Part shown: positions 54,266-64,000 of the stretch, in pieces
Layout of the letters: each line of letters opens with the position of its first letter
Numbering within the stretch: the first letter of the stretch is position 1
NCBI GenBank assembly: GCA_012295275.1
Contig: CM022676.1
Span: forward strand, 10,788,001-10,852,000
Length of the DNA: 64,000 nt
Direction: 5' to 3'
Source of the DNA: Chrysomallon squamiferum
Lineage: Eukaryota; Animalia; Mollusca
Made by a program: the position numbers and the translations under genes
The notes under the pieces: model-generated
Database searches by the model: none
What the model saw: the letters and a program-made list of their open reading frames with translations, nothing else
Told to the model about the DNA's origin: nothing

Positions 54266-54923
54266 TAAATAAGAAGTAAATAGAGTAAAAAAAGTCAGAA
54301 ACTTAATAGACTTTTTATTTCAATTATTATTATTTTATTTTTATTATTATTATTTGACAAAAAGATTCGGACTACATCTCATTATTAATGGATTAGCAAG
54401 GATAAACCAGAATTTTGCTGCACCTGTCCGATGTGTTCTTTGTGCTCATGTATCAGGAATCAGACATGATGAGACTACATTCAAAGCTTCTCCACAAGGG
54501 AAACAGCCTTGGAACTCTGGGATAAATATGTCCCAGCTATTAAAGACGTGGGGAAATATCTGCTCAAGTGTTATGAAAATATTATCATACCATCATGCAC
54601 ATGTATTATACTGAATTCTCTTTATTTACACCGATACTTTATGATTGATTTCTTCTAGCAGCTAAATTCACTAAATGGAAATTATTCGTGTAACTGTTAT
54701 ATAACAGTATAATGCATGCTGTTTTAAAATATTTATCGAATCCATTTTTTTATTTTTTATTTATTTTATTTTATTCTATTTTTTTTTTTTTTTGTCTACA
54801 TATTAGCGAAAAGAAATTCAAATCAAGGCATATCATCTCAAAGGTTAACTTGAAAATAGATATCTAAGGAATTGCTCTTATAAACTCGAATAATAATAAT
54901 AATAACAATAACAACAACAACAA

Positions 54924-54973
<50 letters not shown>

Positions 54974-55340
54974 TCATATTTTGTGTTACAATCTATCTGT
55001 TAGCTAAATCAGTTTTTGTTGTATATTATTATAAATTATTTAAATTTTTCTGTATATGTCCGTGTTTTATATCAAATTTATTACAACAGCATAACTGTTG
55101 TGTAAAACATTCAACGACCAGCACGCCATGACGTCACTTTTAAACAGCCTGACTATGAACTTTCGTTAGTGGTCCGCATATGTTTGTTCTGTATGTTCCA
55201 TTAATAATATATATATGAGTTCTGATGTTGGTAAGCATGAACAGTGATATGCTTTTGTGATAGTCCAGTAAAAAATGGTCATCAAAATAAAATGCACAAA
55301 ACCAATTTCTAAGATTCAGCATGATCACGTAACATTCCAG

Positions 55341-55932
55341 TTATATATAGCTGAAAAATTCTCTGTTATTTTTTTTCTAGGTAATTTATATTCAGCTTAA
55401 AATATAGGACAAGTTCAAATCTGTAAAGCTGTTTTTGAATTCTGATTAATAAATATGATTAAAATAATCTGCTTTCATTTTCACCCGGATTGTAAAACAA
55501 ATTAGTTGCAATCAATAATTTATATTTATATTTTTTATTTTTTTAAATGTTTTTATCGGTAAATAGACAGAAACGCGCAAAAATATTACCAAACATAACA
55601 ATTTCACTACAAAAAACTACTTGCATATATATTTATTTTGTAAGGTTATTGTGGACGTAAAAATAATAAAAATAATTTGAAAATTCTGTTTTACCTGTTT
55701 TGCCTGTAATTTGTGGGAGAGAAATGATATTTACTGATAAAAGAGTTACGTATATATTGTAAGTGACAATTAACAGGTAAAGTAAAAAAAAATCACCCCC
55801 AACCCCCCCACCTCAAACCTACCTGTCGGCTTGGATTTATTTAAATGAGTATCTTTAGATGTACAGTAAAGTTCGTTTTCTTCCAATACTAGATAAAACA
55901 GAAGGAAAAAAGAAGGAATATTAACTGACAGG

Positions 55933-55965
<33 letters not shown>

Positions 55966-57257
55966 GCATATAGATGCATATATATTAAAAAATAAATAAG
56001 TGAATAAATAAATAAAACATTTTTAGTAAATCTTTTAATAAAGATTTAAGTTAAAATTAAATACATGAATATTAATTATTAATTATATATTTCAGTGAAA
56101 TCTTCAATAAGACATTGGAAACCGACCATATTAACTTGTTCCCCTATGCAGGAACAGTGGGCGGTCCGCCCTTCGCCTTTCTGGGGCCGTCCTTGTGCCC
56201 GAAATTCAGAATGTGCCCGAAATTCAGAATATGACCGCCAGTTGTTTGCCTAAATTCTCGATAAAAGTTGCCGATAATTACTGCAAATTTGCATAAAGTC
56301 CCTCTATAATTATTGTCGTCTGCAGGCATTAGTTTGTCAAGCAAACAACACTTTTTAGCGCTAATAAGCATACGACATTTTTTTAACTCTAATAAACAAA
56401 TACGAATTTTCTTCATTATCAGTTGTTAACGATATCATTTAACAGCAGTATATCAATGTAATTGATCAACATAGTTATAAACATCCATTCTTGCAGGTTA
56501 AGTTTTATTTGTTGTATCTAGCTTTTCTGTCATTTTCTAAATAACTTTCTTTATCCCCCAAATTATGGACCCGGCCATTTTATATAAGTTCAATAAAATT
56601 TAAAGAAATTATAATGGTTTAACTGATTCGGAAAGAAGGGATATTTCTATTGAATTTATATTATAGTGATAACGAAATGCAGGTTTTTTTTTTGTCGATT
56701 ATGTGCAGTTAATTACCAGTGTTCCTTAAGTAAATTGTGAGGGGTATGACCTACTTCATCAACATTTTTGAATTTTTCAAATCCGTAAGTTTTTCATCAT
56801 AAAACTTCAAACGATGGAAACACTTCGGTCAAAATATGGCGTTTGTTTCTTTGTTGATTTCCCCCCCCAAAAAAAATTAAATAAATTTATTACTGTAACA
56901 TTTCATTCAATTCTGTAATTCTGATGATAAGTACTGTCGTTCTTATCGACCGTCATGGCGAATGAAATTCAATAGAAATAGCCCTTCTTTCCGAATCAGT
57001 TAAACCATTATAATTTCTTTAAATTTTATTGAACTTATATAATTAAACCAAGTTAATATTCTAGATAATATATGTTGGGAGTTTACTGATCATTATCTTC
57101 TTGTTGGCGAGTTTTGACCAAATAGGTTTTTGCCGACCACAATTTCAATCTTAAATCTAGCTCACGTAATCTAGATGACGTCATTGGACGATGTCCATAT
57201 TTAGAGAACGACTCGGTATTACTGCTGCTTCTTTTAAACACAATTTATTTGATTTAT

Positions 57258-57291
<34 letters not shown>

Positions 57292-57613
57292 ATTATTATT
57301 ATTATGATTATTATTATTCTGAATTGTTGATAGTACTTTCTATAGTTAAGATGTCATTATACTTATCAAGACACTTTCATTTGATTATCTTGAACATTTA
57401 ACGATATACTGCCATTTCTTTGCCATTCAGTCATTGTCAGTGAAAGAGATTTGATGAATTAATGGCTAAAACAATAGGAAAAACAAAAAATATAACAACA
57501 ACAACAACAACAAAAAAAGACAGGCGATTTTAAATATAATTCAATATGCCCAGAACGTCTGTATTTATCAATCTACTTCAATTATTTTATTGTTTGCTTA
57601 GTGCTCTTTGTAA
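55341..57613 (-). repeat. Inverted copy of 17163-19358
   Basis: Reverse-complement near-identity with several indels; TGACGTCA at 57176-57183. Confidence 0.9.
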
Positions 57614-59065
57614 TACCATCAAAATATCTTTACCGATAAATGTTTTCTAAATTCTAATTTTATTGTAAAACAAATTGTTAACACTTTATGCTGGGTTTCG
57701 TGATAAAAATATTGGTATTTGACTGAATGTTTATTTTTATTCTACGTGAGAAGATTAAATGTTTATAATTATAGTAATATATAATTAATTAGTTATAACA
57801 TTAGCTAATGTAGAATTGTAATCCCGTGCCGTCATCTTAACACCACGAACATTTCATACAATTATCATGCGTTTTAAAGAATATTTTAAGATTTAATGAA
57901 CTTCGATCAAAATATTTGTTTCAGTAAAGATAGAAGCAATCGACTGAAATTAGAAGACTTTCAGGAACATAAAATTTTCATTATTTTCTTATTGTTTTGG
58001 TAGAAGAGATCCTCACTCGCTAATGCCGGGTGAAGAAACTTTGTCGTGTTGCGGTGACGAATTTTGGAGAAAAGAAACGAAAATTGTTATAGTTAACAAA
58101 AACTGCATCCATGATCGCTACTTTCGCCGATATATTTTAAATTCCTTCCAAACTAGTTGAATAAAATTATTATTCAAGTGCCATTACTTTCTATTTTACT
58201 CACACACCTTGGTACCGTTCTCTGCAATCGTGGCTTATCGCTTTGCTTTTAACTAGTGTAACTCCTTTTCAACCTAAAAGCTTTAATATTATTTTTTTTC
58301 AAGACAGTGTCACGGGATCCAATCAAAACAGCAGTAACGGACCCTAAATTCAGATTTCCATGTAACCGAGATGAAAACCCATCATGGATCGAGTAGGCTG
58401 ATAACCAAATTGGATTTGCTCTAGGAGTAAAATAACAGATAGGATTTTATATTATTAACTGTTTTATTAACATGTTTAAGTTTACTAGAAACAACATATA
58501 CAACATCATTTCTGAATCTGTAGTTGCGCTATAGCTGACAAATTACTACAACATTAACAGTGAATAACAATATTTGATGTTTGTAGCATACCAGAACTAA
58601 TAAACATGATTATATTTATTAATTACAATTACTCTGAATACACACTAAAAATCACATAAACGGGATTAATTTTTATGCCGCTTGCAATTTGATAAGGATT
58701 TTCGTACTGAACCTCAAGTTGTCTAATGGGGAGTTATGCGAACTCAGTAATATTATTAATTACATTAACATCTAGTTTTCCGACTCTGGTTGAATAGCCA
58801 AATTCATAACCTCTCAAGAGAGTTATCTCCCACTGAAAATTAACAAAAAAATAAAAAACACTGTTAAAATCTAGTGCTTTTTCTCTCAAATGCAGATTGT
58901 AGAGGTCAGAATATTTGGTGGTTCTTTAATAAGAATTCTATATTTTATTAACAAAATCAGTTTATATTAAACTGTCAGATTTATTTCAGTGTGACGAAGC
59001 GTTCACGTTTCGTGCGATTAAATACAAAGACTGAGACTGTAAAATTACATTAAATGAGTTGCGCC

Positions 59066-59132
59066 ATGTCGGATATTGGGAAGTTGTGTCTGTTTCTTAC
59101 ATTATTCTTCAGCGAGTCCGAAATTATTTCAG
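59066..59132 (+). CDS. Gene T3 exon 1: signal peptide (remaining exons not in window)
   Basis: gcgccATG, MSDIGKLCLFLTLFFSESEIIS(G), 67 nt, CAG|gtattg. Upstream region and start of intron are homologous to T1 and T2. Confidence 0.85.
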
Positions 59133-59582
59133 GTATTGTTAAAAATAGAATATATATATATATATATTATATATTTACTGTTAAAATGTGAGTGTTAAGA
59201 ACTTAAGTGATGTGGGTTTTCAACAACAACGTGAACAACAAAAATACACACATGCAATGCTATCATTCACTGCATTATATCTTTATATTTTTAATAACTT
59301 AGAGGTTGTATAACGTATGCTTTTCTTTTTAGTGTTCTGACTTACAGTTTTAAATCATACTAAATAATATTTTTTTGCCATGAATTCTTTATGATCTAGT
59401 AGTACTAATACTACGTACTAGTAATATATTTCTGAATTATTATTATTATTATTAGTAGTAGTATTCACGTTAATTAACTGTTCATATAAGTACTGTAACA
59501 TGAAAATTCGCGTGATAGTGAAGGCCTCAGAAACCACAGTTATGATCAAAAGCTCATAAGTCTAAAGGTGTCATTGTTAGTC

Positions 59583-61700
59583 CCAGTGTTTTCAGTTTAA
59601 AAAAACAACAAAAACAAAACTGTTTTCTGTTTCATGTTTTTGTAAACTGTTTCATTTCCTTTTCGAGAATAAATTATGTTATAAAACACGGTCACGACAG
59701 TGACTGAAAATCACAGGAGAAAATGATATTTATTCAAGATTCTTCTTTAACTAACTGAAACAACCTTTGTTGTATCCATTTACATACAGCATGGCAAGTC
59801 ACTTTGTGTTTTGCTTTCTCAGACTGTCTCTTCTGTTATTAAGTAGATGTTTGTATCGAGAAACACTTCTTTCAACATCAACAGAAGTTACAGGCTTCCA
59901 AATAGCATCCTTTGCAATGACAGATAGCTTTAGGAAGTGACTTTGCATGGCTTACAAAACTCAGAAATGGACAAGTGGTAAGTTCTTCATGATACCCCAT
60001 ATATATGAGCCATTCCTCAAACAGCTCAGGTAATGGATTCTGCAGAGCCGTGACAGCAGTCACGTTTTTGATGTTGTGTGGGATTGTGGATCAAAAATTC
60101 TTACTGATTTGTTGTATGGAGATGCTTGTCCCAGTAGCCTTCAAGTTTCTTTAGGTAGAAACTGAATATTTTTTTGAAAGAATTTATGTAGTTCTTTCAT
60201 TAATCAACTTCTCAAGAAGTCAATCTGTGTCTGAGCCAAAACTTGTCTTCAAGGTACCAGCTGTGAGGTAAGAGCAAATGTTTTGTACCAATGTATACGC
60301 AGTACAGGCTAGTGATGTTAAGACAATAATAAGTCACTGACAGCTTTCTTTGATGAGATAGAGATGCAGGTATATTTCTTGGTAGAGTGTCTTGTGAATC
60401 AGAAGCTCAATGATTTGTTCAACAGCCAATCTCTGTGATGTTACAGCATTTCAGAAGCTTTCATACAGATGAATTCGATTGCGTGGCTGGTTCAAACCAA
60501 TAATTTCAGCAAGATGAGATGGGCAGGTGGTAGCTTCACATCAGCAGCGTCAATCAATTCAGCAAGGTGTTTTATGAAGCAATTCTTTCTCCCAGATTTC
60601 TTGTACAGTGACAGTTTGATCATAGTGATCAAATTAGAAGTGTGGGATAAATCTGTGTTATTCTGAAATACCTCAGTGGCCAGGTTGACAATGTGATCAA
60701 AACAACGTAAATGCACAGATGGATAAACAGATGACAAAATATTACTGTATGACTTCTTGAAGTATACAGCACTGTCCCTGATTATACAAACTACATTATA
60801 AAAAACAATTTCTAAGTTAGACACTCTACAGGCTTTCGTTTTTAAAGCACCAATCAAGTATGGCTTATCTCGAATGCTTCCAGTAATATTGTAGATGCTG
60901 TGATCACACACATCAGTAGTTTCATCAGCTGTAATATTGACAGGACAGTCACAACAAAGAGTCTTTATTACTGAGAAATGTATGTCAAACAATCGTGGGA
61001 CAGAGTGTAGATACTTCATGTATAGCTCCTGCCTACTTTCAATGTTTTTTAAAAAAATGGCCTCATCTTCTCCATTTTCTCAAGAGGTATGTCTGCCATA
61101 ATTCTGATTTGTACATAATCCAATATAAAATCTTCTCTTATGTCCTTTGACTTTATCATGGTACTGAGTGTTGTTTGCTTGTATCAACTTTCAGAAGGCT
61201 GGTGTAAGTTTTGGCTTTTTGGTGGTGGCTTTGCCATTATGACAACTCATTTATAATTATAGAGCATGTGCTGATAAAGCAGAACTTGATGTAGGTTTGT
61301 GGCACTGTATGAAAAATTTGCATTAGCTGTGAAAGATCACATCAGGATCAAAGACCACAGTTAAAACAAAGTTTAACAACTAAGTACAGGCAGTGTTTTA
61401 TTCAAAGGGGATCAAAACGGGCCATAAAGAAAACAAAACTTCACTTAAGCTGCTTATTTTTATCACCTATGTGATGGTCTAGTATCATCTGCAAGGTGAA
61501 TTATTGATTGATCCACAGCGCAGGCACTGACTGCCAGGGAATATAGCAACTGTGCAAGTGTGACTGCTAGCAGAAATCTGGTAAATGAGACATCGCACAT
61601 TTGACAACATTGTCAAATTGTCAGTTTCATAGCATCTGAGTTCTGACAATAGTAAAACAGTAATTGTTTTTGAACTTTGCTGAAAACTAATATAATTTCT
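59583..61700 (-). mobile_element. Decayed hAT (CGGBP1-like) transposase element in T3 intron 1
   Basis: ORF 60492-61019 has ADETTD, DSAVY and RCFDHIVNL (CxxH); downstream DVERSVSRYKHLLNNRRDSL is the hAT C-terminal motif; frameshifts and stops. Confidence 0.8.
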
Positions 61701-62429
61701 GTTCCACGAATTCCATCTGCTTGCCAGTCTTGAAAATCATTTGGTCTATATTGAATGCTTATACACTATGTGTATGCGATATACACAGAAAAAGATTAAG
61801 AGTGATCAATGATATTATATCTGACATTAGCATCAAAGGAAGTAATGGGTTTAAAGTTTCCTCCAGTAGACATCTTGATTTGCATCTGAATACAGACAAC
61901 AGTCAAGGTGATACATGGTTTATACATATCAAATTCAGCAGTGAAAAATAATGAATTTAATAATAATCATTTCAAACAGCATCAGGTCTTTCAAGTTGCA
62001 TATAAAATATACCATAACTTTGTGAAGTAGAAAACAGGGAGTATAATGATCTCAACCAGGCAATACCTATATGGGCAAGATCATTATACATTTATGTGAA
62101 ACTAAATGCTGTTTAAAATGATTATATTACTAAGCATATTAAATATTTACCATTATCATTCATGTTCTTTATATCTTATATGTAATACAGTGTGTGTGTG
62201 TGTGTGTGTGTGTGAGCAAGAAATAAGTGTGCTCTTAGTATATATAAATCTAAATGAAATAACCATCATTTTGATCAAAATTTAATCCTGGCGCAAAAGG
62301 AATCTATGATAGGTTTTGAAAATATTGTGAACTACTGTCAAAACTGTTATTTTTTATCATAAAGTTTAAAATAAAAGCACACCTACAAAGGAATCCTGAA
62401 TGACTGCACAGCCTCTTTTTGAAAATAGT

Positions 62430-63420
62430 TTACTATAAAGCTTGATTAATATTACTCCTCAATAAAAATGGCGTTTACTTCCCAGAAGTGTCAGCTCTAT
62501 TTCAAACAGATATCCATGTTGGATACATTTGAACGACAGTCAGTTGACAAATGTTACAATGGACAATCATGTACCAAATGTGCTGAAACTGAAGTGAAGC
62601 AATGTCTATCTAGAATTCAGCAGAGATCTGCAACTTCTCGAGAAACCCCATGACTTTTGATTCAGCATCTTGAAACTTCTGAAATATATGTCCAATTAAA
62701 GAATGATTGAGAGAAAATGGAAGTTGGATGATGAACCTGTTCCGAATCCAAGAAATCAGCATTCCAGAAATGCTGAAAAAAAACTACAAGTGGAGACAAC
62801 TTTCTGCTACATGACTCCGGTGCAGATAACCTTGAAACATTCTTCATCTTAGGAACAGAAGAAAATCTTCAGTATTTGGCTTCTAATGGTTTGATGATGG
62901 AACTTTCGAAATCTCACCTCATCTTTTCTATCAGTTGACAACAATTCATTATTTCATGCAACAAAAAGTGGGTCTGTGTTACTAGTGCTGTACATTTCCT
63001 CCAAGGAAAAATGAAGGCCATGTATAGAAGAGCATTTGAAGGATATTTATGCATTGGAAGAAAATCTGCAACCGATTTCTATCATGTGTGATTTCACAGA
63101 GCAATACAAATTAATCTTGGGTGGTTATTTCATTTGGGTAAGTGTATATATGAAAAATTCTGAGGGAGTATCTTGTTGAAGCATATGATAATGAGCAAGT
63201 TCATCTTAAGTACCATGATGATAGCCTTAGCCTTTGTACCTGCTGAAAACATCATTCAAGCCAAGGAAAATGTAATAACACATTATTGCTTGCCAATCAG
63301 TAATTTAAAAAATACCCAAGTTTACAAGAAAGCTGCCCACCTAACACTTAGACAATTTGAAGAAACTGAAGTCATGGTCTATCTCCAAGGTATTTCTTAT
63401 GACGTTTGTTATTAGTGTAC
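62430..63420 (+). mobile_element. Decayed Mutator-like (MULE) transposase
   Basis: Fragments FLLHDSG...ILGTEENLQYLA, WFDDGTFEISPHLFYQLTTIH and MIALAFVP are typical MULE motifs; broken frame. Confidence 0.75.
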
Positions 63421-64000
63421 TGGATAATCTGAAATTTAAACTTTTTTTTTTTACTGAGTATGTCATTTGAAAGATCTTGACAAATTGTTCACAACACTGG
63501 TTGAATTTTTCAGATGATACCAATACTGAAACCACATTTCTGATTCTGTCCCTGTGTGCATACATATTCATACAAACATGCTTATTGGATGTGTCTGTCA
63601 TCAACTACCTGCTTTTTTTCTAAAGTTCTTACTGCAAAAACAATTTTGTAAAATTTCATTTAATTTAATTTTTTTTTTTAATTTTTTTTTTTTAATTATT
63701 ATTATTATTCTTGGTTGGAATTTTAATTGCATTTCATTTAAGTGTTTAAAGTATGAAATCTGGGTAAAGATAGGGGTTGGCCATTCTGGTTACATTTCAA
63801 ATGTGCTTCGTATAAACAACCTCATTTTTTGCATATTTTCCTTTCTTTTTTCTTTTTTCTTTTTTTGTAAGAAGATAATGTTCAAGATGAGCACAAATGT
63901 TAAATGTCTTTTTTCTTTATCATAATATTAATAAGATTTCTTTGAGTTTGTAACAAAGTTTGACTTACATTATTGAATTTATTTCATGCATTTGTAAAAT

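Overview
AT-rich, microsatellite-laden eukaryotic genomic DNA with spliced genes, from an invertebrate (a mollusc is my inference from repeat content and domain style, not proven). The window holds a cluster of at least six immunoglobulin-superfamily (IgSF) genes built from phase-1 exons. They form three repeated two-gene cassettes: a 'G-type' gene (signal peptide, V-like Ig, C2-like Ig or a second V, short hydrophobic GPI-like tail) followed co-directionally by a 'T-type' gene (signal peptide, six-Cys V-like Ig, C2-like Ig, TM, short cytoplasmic tail). The labels are mine. Cassettes are G1+T1 (minus, ~16.1 kb to beyond the left edge), G2+T2 (minus, ~40.5 to 22.7 kb) and an inverted G3+T3 (plus, ~46.7 kb to beyond the right edge). 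V exons are far more divergent between paralogues than their flanking introns. One V exon is tandemly duplicated, and G1 and T2 carry disabling lesions. This points to a rapidly evolving recognition or immune-receptor locus. The rest is decayed DNA transposons (two Sola2-like copies with 4-bp TSDs, hAT, Tc1, MULE, Academ-like), a 2.2-kb inverted duplication, local tandem duplications and simple repeats. All identities quoted come from manual alignment; no database search was run.
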